A stretch of 64,000 nt of DNA from Lytechinus pictus (taxonomy: Eukaryota). The number at the start of each line of letters is the position of its first letter. Position 1 is the stretch's first letter. The notes beneath the pieces were generated by a model. The model ran no database searches and was not told the DNA's origin. It saw nothing but the letters and a program-made list of their open reading frames with translations. The DNA is taken from positions 12,772,001 through 12,836,000 of the forward strand of contig NC_087246.1 in NCBI RefSeq assembly GCF_037042905.1. The letters run 5' to 3'. Made by a program: the position numbers and the translations under genes. Shown piece after piece: positions 23,401 to 35,630 of this stretch.

Positions 23401-26400
23401 AAATTGTATTTAAGAGAAAATACAAGTCGGCAACAGGCATTGTTTATCACCAGAAACTTCTACAACGCATTGTGCGACAAGAAAGAAAAGGCTTATTGCA
23501 TTTATAAACCTTTTGGAAATCCTTTATCAAAGTGAAGGTGTCAGTCCTTTGTTAGAGCCGGACAATGGTTAGTCGTATTGAACAAAGACCATGGTCTTAA
23601 GTTTATGAGAAGACAGAAGACAGTAAAAATGTATTGACATTGTATGCTTCTAATGTTTATTGTGTCCTTTTTTCAGTATATAATATTTTGTTCTTTTTCC
23701 ATTGTAAATGGAGAAAACTACTTTTGTTATTCCCAAACAGCTATTAATCAATTAAGCACCAAATGTGCCTGGCAAATGTGCTGTCAACCTGAATTTCTGC
23801 TGTTTGAAATTTCTGGCACAGTTGGCTATAATACAGGCCTCAGAATTTTATTGTTAGCAATAATTGCAACCACATATGTTCAGGTAAAACTTTTTAGATT
23901 CGAATGGAGTGAAAGACTTGTCAGTGGTTTTTAAAAGGAGAAAGGTAAATGGAAGCAAACTTGGAACAGAATTGGAGAGGAGAGGCAAAAGTTGAAGAGA
24001 AAGACGAATGGGAGAGAAAAGCAAAAGGTGAGATAGGAAAGAACTTGAAACAAGGGAAATACATTGTACCCAGTGAGCAAGAGATATTTGCTGTCATTAC
24101 TTCATTTATGAAATATGGATCTATGGGTCTGCTAAACACCCAAGAAATAGACTACTAAAAACCCTGCTGCACAAGGATCTTTATGGTTGCTTGACATAGC
24201 AACACTTTAAAACATACTCTTAGTTTCATGTAGGTTGTTTAAAAAAAAGATTTGTTTGGTATAAAATATAGGATGAAATGACTACAGCATCAAAATCATG
24301 TCATGAGTGTACTTAAAAGTGAAAGTAAACTCAATTCAAGCCAAAAATTCAGTGTCCAAAGTTATCTAAATTTATATGTATTTGCATAAAATATGCTAAT
24401 AGATCTATATGTAAATTATGATAGTTTATATCAATATTTTTCTAATTCCTTGCTTCAATTAGACCTTCTGGCCTATATAGGAGATATCTAAGGTAGATCA
24501 TTTACACATTGTGCAAAATAAAATCAATGTAGGCCTCAAACTTAGGGCAATCCAATCAAATCATTATATCATTAAGATTTTATTTCTATGGATATTATTC
24601 ATAAATGAATGGAACGCAAGGGGAGGGTAACTTTACCACCTGGTAGTTAGGAGACCCCCGTGCAGCAAAATGGAAGTCCATAGATTGATGATATTAAGGA
24701 CTACTTTTTCAAGTCTCAACAATTTCACCGAAAATGTGGGGTTTACTCCCTGGGATATAGTCACCTTTGGAATGCTATCAATAATTTCACATAATCTTGA
24801 GGCAGCGGATCTAATTCAAGTATCGCGTCAAATGTCCATCTTTAATTAGACCATGGTCAAAGAGCAACGATCAATTTTTCTAATCTGGATTCCAAGTATT
24901 ATTTCTATAAATTACTGAAGGGTTAAATGAATGCCTCGTTATTAGGCTCCCAGCAAAGAAAAGTTTAGAAATTTGAATCGCTTCTGTACATACTTCTTTA
25001 TAATAAGTACTTCTGCGAATATTATTAATAGACTTATGTACCATGCATTAAAATTCCATGCATACTTTAAATCAAATGAGGTATAATTTTGTAGAACGTG
25101 GAAGCTTGCCAGGTTAAATGCATAAATACCTCGTTACTAGGTTCCCAGAAAGACACTAGTCTGCAGGCACAGAACCTGATTGAAACTTTTTGATCAACAA
25201 GTGTGTCTCCACTCAAAGACTAGCACATACAAAACTTGCTGTTTCAATTCAATTTGTGAGCGAGAGGGCCTTCGCGGGGGCATTCAGTACACAAGGCATG
25301 AGTAGGCTGCAATTCAGACCCTCGAGTGAAGGGTTTGCACAATAGACCAGAAAGACACATGCCCATTTTTTTTATATAAATATTAAACACACCTATTTAA
25401 GTCACACAAATTATCATGATAATGACGTTCGCTGCTCCTCATATCGGTAAGAATTGCTTCCTATTAAACTACTATGCTCCATCCCGGTGCTCCATACAAA
25501 AAATAATACTTTCTTTAGTGTAACCAGGGATGTGTTAATAGGAATGTACCCGCTTAGTATCAGACTGCTTACCCCATGTGACGAGCCGACTACTAAATAA
25601 TGTGGGGGGGGGGGTTAACAGGTGTTTTAACAAAAGCCTTTCAGGCGTCTCAACGATACAGATATTTTCATTTGGCGACAGTTTCTCAGAGCAACGAGAT
25701 GAAGTCAGATCCTAACTTGGCTTGTCCAAACGGGTCAGCGAACAGATGGGGAACAGATATAACCATAATTCGAGTAACATTAAAAGTTAATTATCTCAGA
25801 TTCACACAAGAACACGCATAAATTATTATACAAAATATGTTCATAATCATACATCTTTCATAATGTCTGAGCTCTAAAATGGCGGAAAATTTTGAAAATA
25901 GTCCATTATTAGAATAAAATTGTATGTCTTTTTTACGATTCTTTTATGTTACTATGTTGGCATGAAAATATCACATGGGCTCTTTTGTTGTCCGTGATTT
26001 GTTTGAAATGTCCAAAAGAAATTGATCCAAAACAATACTTAGTATAGAGACAAAAATAGCGTAAAACGGATATTTCGCTTCGGCAGCTAGAAGTTAGTAA
26101 CATCGGCACGCCATGCACATGAAATATCAAACCAGCATGGAATGCTTTGTCAATGATCGGAATAGTTTATTTTCTATAGATTTTGGAATGAATTGTGCTT
26201 GAGATTCTTATCTTCTCGAACACATACCTGATTAGTCTGATTACAGAGGGGGCTGCCACACTTGCATGAACAAATTCCCCAACCAGCGGATGCCGACGTA
26301 CGAATGGGAAGCCGGTTACGGCCGGTTATCATCCACTACCTTGTTTTATATCAATCATTGTTAACGGGTCAAAATAATTGTTTGATATTACGAAATGAAT

Positions 26401-27317
26401 TCTTGATATAAAACATTGAAAAGATGATTTTTGATGACCAGAATAAAACACATGGAATGGGTTGATATGGACTAATGATGTCACGGCATGCCATAATATA
26501 TGATGGCTTAATCGTCAAGGTGTGACAGCCACTTCAATAAATGAATGAAATCCACTGTAGCTACACACTTATAGAACAAAGCATAAAATTAAACTGAATT
26601 TGAGGGCGGTATGTTGAAAAAGCACATTTGCATTTAAGTTCTGGGCTGCAGTTATCTTCATTCTTTCAAATCTGAATAAAAAACCTTTAATGAATACACC
26701 TGCCAAGCATAGACGATCAACGTGTTATAAGGGATTAAATGTCAGAAATAAGTTTGCATACATTATTTTGTTGCTCTGTCGGCCAGATCGAGGGGGCGAC
26801 TGTCCCCTATTCTTCCCCTTCTTTTTCAAGTAATGAATTGAAATTAAAAAGAAGAAGGGCGGGGGAGAGAAAAGGGAAGAAAGAAGACAGAAGATCATAA
26901 TTAAGAACCGTTTAGCCCTCCCCCTATTTATCAATTGAGAAAAAATGACATCAACTTTTGCCCCCCCCCCCGCGGAAAAATTATGGCGCCGCCCTGCATG
27001 TCGGAGAGATGGTGTCAAGCTGGGGAATCATGCGTAACCATGTATCGTTGCAAATTCTTGCAATATAACTAAATGCAAATGCTCAGCTGTACATATAGGC
27101 CTAAATTACGTGGAAATTCAACATAGCAACAAGCGTCTTATAATTCTCCGTCTATACGTTGCCACTTTCACAATTAACTGCATGACACATTTTGGACACA
27201 GTTGAACGGCATAGTTCACCATTAAATTAGTTTAGTTGAAGTCGTTTAAACATGTTGAATATTCAAAGTATGCATGTCATTGTTACAATTGAAAAAAAAA
27301 AAAAACGGTCTTGCCTC

Positions 27318-27354
27318 ATTTGCATTGATTCAGAGCAGTATAAGGGTATAAATA
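27318..27354 (+). promoter_or_regulatory. Core promoter of the FAS1 gene: octamer ATTTGCAT (27318-27325) and TATA box TATAAATA (27347-27354)
   Basis: Consensus motifs about 100 bp upstream of the ATG; a second octamer ATGCAAAT at 27073-27080. Confidence 0.65.
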
Positions 27355-27446
27355 GAAGGGATGTTCTTCTTATCGGCACACCTTGTCACCACTGCGGCTT
27401 ACCGGAACGTCTCTCCGTCTCGCCTTGCACCATCAAAAATCTAGTC

Positions 27447-27714
27447 ATGAAGTCTTTCGTCTTTATCTTGGCCGTTCTCGTCGGGGCAGTTGTCGCAAAA
27501 CCGAAGACGACCACTTCCGATGACCTGAAGCAACAGAACAAGGACATCTCGTCCAAGGAGTACCTTAAACGGGTCTTCCAGCACTCTGTGGTCTCTTACG
27601 TCGGAAGTGACGCCCAGGACATCGTCGAGAAGCTACAAGATCTTGGACTTCATGAGGCAGCGACCATCGCCAAGCAGGTAGATCTGAAGCAGATCATCCG
27701 AGACAACGGCATTT
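27447..27714 (+). CDS. FAS1 gene exon 1 (signal peptide, propeptide, start of FAS1-1)
   Basis: gtcATGA start, TTT|GTAAGT donor. Confidence 0.9.
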
Positions 27715-29835
27715 GTAAGTTGAATCATTTATCACTGTGCTTTCCATATTGTGTTCAAAACAAGCTACAAGGGTATACTAATGCGATCTATCCTGAAGGG
27801 TAAACACTATGTCGATTTAAATCAATCACTTTACAGCAATTTTCTCAAAATGTAATTTTTTTGTTACGTATACTTGCCATGACAAATGTTAAATATAAAT
27901 GCAATACATTCGATTCATTATTCAATTTCAGTTTTAACCAATTTGGAACTTTAAATTATTTGGTAAACATTTTACGCACCATGTTCGGAAACTTGATTCC
28001 ATTTAATCAATTTTGATGGAAATCGCATTGCAGGCCCTATTTTTTTTTTCTTCAATTTTCCAGCACCCATCACGTTGTGCATGCCCAGTGACAAGGCTGT
28101 CCAGAAGTGGAGGCAGGAGCTCCCTGAAAGACGGATGCCAGAGAGGGCGATCTTAAAGAACCTGGTCAAGGCTTGGATCGTTCCAAAAAGGGTCATGTCA
28201 TCCGAGGTCACAAATAACCAGAAGATGGAGAGCTTGAATGGCGCCAAACTGAGATTTAACATCTACAGAGATGACGTCGAGGTAATTATTCAACCCGCGA
28301 TGCTACTCCCAGAATTCATTTATTCAAAGCTCTAATAATCATGTCCCCATTACTTAGCTCTTAGCAATATGGTAAATGGTCATTTAGATTTTTTTTATGT
28401 ATCGAAGGGTTCCCAGATTATTGAGTTTGTAAATTAAAACCCAGTATCAAGCGTCGTCAAATTTTTGGTTTGTGTTAGAAAAATAACATTTTGTATTCAA
28501 GCTTGTCTAGAATGTAATTTTGAGATTTAGTGCCAATTGTGTAGAAATCTGTAATCTTGATACAGCCATTAAGCTTTGGAAGGGCAACGTGATTTTTAAA
28601 ACTTTTTGATGTTTTTATACATGTTTTAGGTAATCACCATTAACGGCGCTCGCATCGTTGACGCCGATAGGGCATTCACCCAAGAAGTCATCCAGGTAGT
28701 CGACAAGGTCATCTATCCACTTCCGATTGGTGACGTCATCGAAACCTTGAAAGATAATAAAGCCTTCTCCGTCATAGTCGACCTCGTAAAACAAGCCGGA
28801 ATCGTACAAGAACTCGGTAAGTTGGCTGTGAATGGAGTCTGGCTCGAGTATAATGAAGTTGCTAATCCTTTAATTAAAAAAAATTATTTTATGTGACATC
28901 GATTGATGACAATGTAGTATAAAATAACATATTATTATTACAATACTAGTAATATAATTTAGTAGTGCAGAGGCCATATATGATAAGCAAAAATCATTAG
29001 ATAGGGCCTATATACATGTGTCGTCCATACTGGTGTCGTCTAATTTCAACATTCCTATTTAAACAGTAAAATGTAATGGGTTCTTGGTAATTCATTGCTT
29101 AAAAACTAAACATGATCTTGGCTTCACTGCATCAATTTTTACTGTTAATTTTAGAATCTGATCCCATCACGGTTATTGTACCAACCAACGACGCCTTCCA
29201 AGCTCTCCCATCCGGTGTCCTAGACGACCTCGAACGCGACACCGACAAACTCCGTAACCTGCTCAGATACCATGTGATCTCTGATGTCAGATATTCTGTC
29301 TCCTTGACGTCTGGACAGCGCATCCGTGCTTCACAGGGAGATGAAATTTCAGTCTCCAGAAGGAACGGTAGGCAGCTTTATTTTAGCACTCTTTTTCTCA
29401 GGAATCTGTTAATTCTTGGGGGTTTTGTTTGAATCATTAGCTCGTATATAGGAGTGAAAAACCTGTTCAAGAAAATTACAATTTTCTTAGTAGATTGCAT
29501 ACGAAGCATCCCAGTACTAGGCGTAATTACAAATGGTAAAAAACCTTCATTCATTCATTCAACAACAAAAAATATGTAAAAGGTTAGCCAACTTGCAAAA
29601 GCATAGAATACAATCGTTAATATCCTTGAGATCCGTTTTGTCTTGTACAATTTTTTATCAATATCTTTTCAATTCACTTTGTTTACTTTTTCCAGACCAA
29701 ATTGTCCTGAACGAGCAGAGTGAGCAGTCGGAAGCTCCACGAGTGATCTTACAGGATATCCCTACCACCAACGGAGTCATCCAAGTAGTCGACCGGGTCG
29801 TTCTCCCGCCTCAAAGACACTTCGTTCTCGTTTAA
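27447..29835 (+). CDS. Secreted two-FAS1 (fasciclin) domain protein of the sea-urchin YP30/HLC-32/EBP/bep type, 5 exons, 341 aa
   Basis: Exons 27447-27714, 28064-28281, 28630-28816, 29155-29367, 29696-29835, in phase; total 1026 nt. Signal peptide MKSFVFILAVLVGAVVA. FAS1 motifs: PITLCMPSDKA / VIQVVDKVIYP in domain 1, and PITVIVPTNDAF / LLRYHVI / TTNGVIQVVDRVVLP in domain 2. The subfamily call comes from recalled architecture, not a database search. Confidence 0.9.
28064..28281 (+). CDS. FAS1 gene exon 2
   Basis: ttccag acceptor, GAG|GTAATT donor. Confidence 0.9.
28630..28816 (+). CDS. FAS1 gene exon 3 (VITINGARIVDAD...QAGIVQEL)
   Basis: ttttag acceptor, TCG|GTAAGT donor. Confidence 0.9.
29155..29367 (+). 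CDS. FAS1 gene exon 4 (ESDPITVIVPTNDAF...)
   Basis: ttttag acceptor, ACG|GTAGGC donor. Confidence 0.92.
29696..29835 (+). CDS. FAS1 gene exon 5 (DQIVLNE...HFVLV*)
   Basis: ttccag acceptor, FAS1 H2 motif, TAA stop. Confidence 0.92.
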
Positions 29836-29898
29836 CCAGATCAGACTGATTAAACGCTGATACGACCAACAATATTGATTGAATAATTCTATATTTCG

Positions 29899-29904
29899 AT
29901 TAAA
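29899..29904 (+). terminator. Candidate polyadenylation signal (ATTAAA) of the FAS1 gene
   Basis: 64 nt after the stop codon, followed by a T/GT-rich tract at ~29939-29962. Confidence 0.4.
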
Positions 29905-30199
29905 GAAATTCTCTTCTATACATAAACAAGACATATTCGTTCTTTTTATTTTCAGTGTGGTGAAGATGATGAGAAATGTCTAAGAACTAGAACAAAAGAT
30001 AGCGAATGGGGAATGTGTTTTTGATCCCTTTTGATGCGGGTACAGATTTGAAAATGTTAGTGCTATGTTTCTGTAAAATGACTGGTTGTAGTTGGTGAAC
30101 AATTGTTTTTTAGTGTTAAACATTTCCCTACTTTCATTTCTTGTCCTCGTGATAGTTGCTTTTCTGTTTCTCTTCACTACCCCCTTGCTTTTACATTAC

Positions 30200-30900
30200 A
30201 TTCCTTAACCTTTCCTCCGCCCTTCCTCACCACCCCTTGTCTTTCTCTCAACCCCCGTCTTTCTCTCACCCCCTCGCCTTTCTTTCCACCCCCTCGCCTT
30301 TCTCTTCGCCTTTCTTTCCACCTCTCGTCTTTTTCTCCACCTCGCCTTTCTCTTCACCCCCTCGTCTTTCTCTCCAGTCTCCACCCCCTCGTCTTTCTCT
30401 CACCCCCTCGCCTTTCTCTTCGCCTTTCTTTCCACCTCTCGTCTTTCTCTCCACCTCTCCTTTCTCTTCACCCCCTCGTCTTTCTCTCCAGTCTCCACCC
30501 CTCGCTTTTCTCTCACCCCCTTCGCTTTTCACTTCCCCCTCGTCTTTCTCCCCACCTCCTCGCCTTTCCTTCTACCCATCGCCTTTCTCTCACCCCCTTC
30601 GCTTTTCACTTCCCCCTCGTCTTTCTCCCCACCTCGCCTTTCTCTCCAGTCTCCACCCCCTCTCCTTTCTCTCCAACCCCTCGTATTTTCTCTCCACCTC
30701 ATCGCCTTTCTCTCGCCCCCTCCGCCTTTCTCTCCACCCCTCGCCTTTCTCTCCGCCCTTCCACCTTTCTCCGCCTTTCTCTCCGCCCCCCTCGCCTTTC
30801 TCTCCGACCTTCCGTCTTTTTCCGCCTTCAGTGTTTTCTCTCCACCCTTCTGCCTTTCCCTCACTCGTGGATCTCCTCTACCCTCATCCCTAACTCACCC
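30200..30900. repeat. Polypyrimidine minisatellite (unit ~CTCG[C/T]CTTTCTCTC[C]ACCCC) with higher-order blocks
   Basis: More than 30 degenerate units; produces spurious low-complexity ORFs on both strands. Confidence 0.9.
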
Positions 30901-33900
30901 CTGTCCTGGACTTTCTCTCCTCCCTCCTTAACTTTATCCCATTCTCGCATTTTTCGTGTCTCCCACTTATATAGTGCATATTCCCCCTTCGTATCTTTTG
31001 TCTCGGTGGCGTCACAATAATGTTTTTAAATGTTTGGAGGGGAAGAGTATTATCCTCACCCCGTCTTGCTGTTACCTCCCCTGTCTTTCCTACCCCCTTG
31101 CCTTTCTTCTCTTGTATTTTCTAATCTTTTATTGGATTTTTTTCAAATTAAATTTTATTAAAATCGTAAAAATAACAGTTCAGTATCAGAAACAAAAGTT
31201 AATGAACACCTCATTCTGGAGCGAGACTCAGAGATCCGTGTTTGAGTTTGAACCCTGATAAAAAAAACTGATGTCAACAACTTACATTTTCTTCGATATA
31301 AACGGATTATGGACTAGAATGAGATGGGGCAGGGCCGTATTGCCACCCGCCTAAATAGCTATCGTACCTTTCACACGGAACACAGCATCCTCAGCCTTGT
31401 CCCTCTCTCCTGTGACTTTCGCTTTTCCTTGCTATTCATTATTTCATTATTCTCTACCCTTGTTGCTTTTCTCTTGTCTTTCTCCCCCCTTCCCTTCGCC
31501 TCTTTTGCGCCCCTTCTGCCCTTTCCCTTCTTGCCTTTCTCCTTAGGGCAGCGGGGGGGGGGGGGGGGGGTCGAGCTGAGGGACTTTAGCTCACCACTTT
31601 GTCAATTTATGCCGTTCAACGTACTATTTTGTTTTGACATCGGTGGATTTAAGCCCACGCGGTGAAGCAACGTCACGTGGACAGCAACGCTTTGAGAAGG
31701 CGCCGCTGTGACCTGTACGTGTTTCACTTGATGATGGTAATGGCATCACAAGCAGGCCACATTATATTGACAAGAAATTATTTGGATTTCATCCCAGATT
31801 TATTTGCGGGTCGGGACGCGCCCGCTAACGAATCTAACGTTCTCTGATTACCTGTTTTTTTTGTTATATTGTTATATTGAAAGTCTTAGTAGGATGAAGC
31901 TAAAGGATCCAATGCGGAGGAGTTGATTTCTGTCGAGCACGTGGAAAAAACAAGTGTCTGATTTGCCCTGTATTTATTGAACTAATCACAATAAACTCAA
32001 CTGTTCTAGTGAGGCACATCAGTTTCACTCTTCCTATGCATATCATTTACTGATTACTCCACTATATTCAAATAGAACCCGATTTACCTGGTTTAATGTT
32101 GAATTACTGAACATGGGAAGAAATATATATTAAGTCAATTTGACAGGTCACAATTACAAATGTTTATCTCCAAGGTTATTAAAAGAAGTTACTGCGGAGT
32201 GAATTGACCTAAAATCAATGAACTCATGTTTGGTTATTTACGGGATTGGTTTCGGAGATGTCTTTAGGGTGTAGAGGGGATTAGTTATTTGGTATATAGT
32301 ATATTGTATTCAATTTCACAACTAGATTTCCGAGATATTCAAGACCTTTCAATATTTTCGTCAACACACTTTGAAATTAAATTACATATGTGCGGTAACT
32401 GGTTTATAAGTTCATGTGAAATGTGAACGTAAACAAGTTAGTTGAAACACCGCTTGAAATAATCACAAGAAAATTTGGAAATCGATAAGCGAGAAGCATG
32501 GAAATGACATAACTTAACGACCATGTTTCTTAACACATCTTGGCAAAATATGGGTTATGCGTTTAGGACCATAGACAAGCAAATGAATCGACGATCCAAA
32601 ATGAAGAAATTCTCCTATAAAAGTTTAAATTCTTGATGGGTGCATGAGTTTGAGTGTGCAAATAGATGTAAATAGTATTTACATCTTTTTAAAAATTTTA
32701 CTTAGCATGCTTATATACAATATAAGTTAGTAATTAATAAAATGCATTTTCCGAGCTCAATGCACACTCTTTATTTCGCACATCATCATTTAAGGTAACT
32801 TGGGTAGATCGCGACCATCTTTCAATGCACGAATGCTATCATCTTTAAGAATCAAGAAACATAAAACACACTTATTTGAGTGGGTAATGGGCCAATCACA
32901 ATTTGCCATGTGATCTATTTTATTACATATTTCAATATATCCGTGTGAAGCAACATTTGTCATGTAGGATATGATCATTTTGTTGACAGAATTATGAATC
33001 TAAAAAATTCAAATGCGATGAATTGATGATTATGATACAGATGGTATAATATCGATGAGGACAATAAAATAATAATAATAATTAAAATGATATTAATAAT
33101 GAGGGGAAAGAAGGAAAAACATGACAATTATTCAGCATCGCAACCACTTGACAAACATTACTGTCTCAACATGTTCAATCTAGATTTCTAACTTTTAATA
33201 ACAAACAATGAATAACGATAAAGTCAACGCCATGCTGGAAGCTGGCTGCAGGTAGCTGGTTGCATAAGCCTGTAGCAATATATTTATTTCACTTGAAACT
33301 GAACTTTTAGTTCATATCAGGACTCAATCTTTAAACGCAAAGAAAGAAATAAGATGAACTTTATATTTGTAGACATGATGATAGCTGCGTTACCGCATAA
33401 ACCAGTTCGAATGACCTGTTTACAGACCTGTTACATGACTCCAAATTCAAGCCACCCACACTTTAAAATAAATACCAAATGAGAGAATTAAGGTATGTTT
33501 TCGACCCCAAAGTTGTTATTGAAATTAATCGAGAAGTTTGTCTTATTCGAGAATTCAGTTTACATGCAGAAGGATTGTTTATTAGAGAATAGTGTATTTC
33601 AGCGACATTTCTCTCCCCCTATGGATTATTGACCGAAAGAAACTCCATCAGGAATTGAATCAAATTTGGAAGGAGTATGTGGTATGTAGCTGTTCGATAA
33701 TACATTCTTTGAAATAAAGTCACTTGAATTATCTGAAATTTGATAAATTTGTTGAATGCGATATTGTGATTTTTTTGCAAATGCTTTTATACATATTTTA
33801 TTATTAATGAAGTTATAGAGACAAGTTTTTCTTGTCAGGTACCGACCAATCGATTACTGAGTATAAGCAATTTCACTAGGGATGATTGGAGATGAAGGGA

Positions 33901-35350
33901 GTTGGGGATAAACATTTGGTCAGCATTACTCGGACTGTATCATGACCAAATAGCTATATACAAGTTGTTTCATATCTTTACCAGTCGGGACCTTGTCTGA
34001 GCCAGGGTGAGTGGGGGGTGCGAGTGTGTGAGGGTGTGTTTGTAGGAGCGAGAGATGTGTGTGATTATATGTCTTGCGTGTATGTGTGTGTGAGTGTGTG
34101 TGCTTTAAGGGTGAGGGTGCGTATGTGAATATGAGTGCATGTTGCGGGCTGCAATTTTGTACTGTTATTATTATTAAAAAAAAATATATATTTCTCCTTC
34201 TCTTGTAGCAATTTTGATTTGCAACCTGTATTGTAGACCCTATTCTGATGCAATAAATTAAATATTGATATGTCCACACCTCACATGGAAAAGTATCCTG
34301 TTATCACGTTATGTTATATCGGGCTTTGAAGCAAAATGAAATTGGAGAGCTATGTCATCATGTTGAATTTTATTTCGTTTTCGGCAAAATTTTCCTTTTA
34401 ATCATCATATATTTTGAGGTTTACATAGATGGTCAGGGCTTGGTTTATTTTCCTAGTATATATAGGGTTTGTAAATAATTATTGTATATAGACATTTGTA
34501 ATTGTTGTTATAACTAGTTATTTTCAGTTTATGAAATCGATTTTAGGTGAAATTTCCAATGAGAAAAAGTTGAATAAATTGTGTGTGTATACGTGGGTGC
34601 GTTACTGCGTGTCTTTTATTTTGCGTGTATAGGAACTCTCTAAATGCAAGAATTTCCACAATCACACTTCTCGTGCATCTTTTTTTTTAAGACACTTTCA
34701 CTCCCAAAAGAGTTAAAATCCACTTCCAAACAATGCAAATCTCACTCCAAAAGGACTAGTCCCTCGTCTCACTCCGATAGTAGTGTGACTATGTATAAAG
34801 ATTAAATATTTTGTATAATTATAATTATATTTACTCGTGTTATTGTGTTGTATTTCCTTGATTTAACTTTGGCTCGAAAGGGCACTGCATGATTTCGATA
34901 TACCTTTCTACATGTATATAGTGCTGGAACTTTGTATTGATTGATGTTTATATCAATAGCATATTGTGTTTATTTCCAGTCAAAATTACTATTATGATTG
35001 CCAAATTAACATGACTAACTAGTGGTTATTCACATGTTAATTGACAAGTGACAATGAAATGAAGATAAAACTTTTTTTTAAATCTAAAAATATATGATTA
35101 TCGATTATAACTAGTGATATTTTTGTCGAATATTATATTTCGGACAGCAATTGACAATAAAATGAAGTTAGGTCTTTTTCTGTATTTAAAAATGATTATT
35201 CATTTTTGGTCACAATATCCAATTAAACATGCAATCATTTAAGACGAAAACATTTCGTCTTGCGACAACTAATACACATCTGATAAACTCCCCCAACACT
35301 GAACTGAATTCCTTGTCTGTTTAGATATTGGATTCCAATTCCAAAGTTTG

Positions 35351-35630
35351 CACTCTAACAGGAAACTATAGTAAAAATGACTAGATCATTAATCAGGTGG
35401 GTGCTTCTGATTTAGTCAATCCAATTCATCGAGTATTTGGTATATATAGCGCGCGCCTTTTCAGTTTGCTCCACTAGATACTGCATGTGTACACGCACAT
35501 GTCATGTTGCCTCCAATGAAATCTATACTAGTCAGAAATCACTGTGATCTAGTCAGATATGACTAATATATCGGTTGCATCTATCTGGCCCTTTCATCTA
35601 GTCATTTTAACTAGTTTGTTTAGGACTATA
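35351..35630. mobile_element. Degenerate MITE
   Basis: Inverted arms AAACTATAGTAAAAATGACTAGAT / ATCTAGTCATTTTAACTAGTTTG. Confidence 0.45.

Noticed and set aside
30103-31020. 305-aa and 245-aa Pro/Ser/Leu ORFs and antisense Arg/Gly/Glu ORFs
   Set aside because: Artefacts of a stop-poor CT minisatellite.
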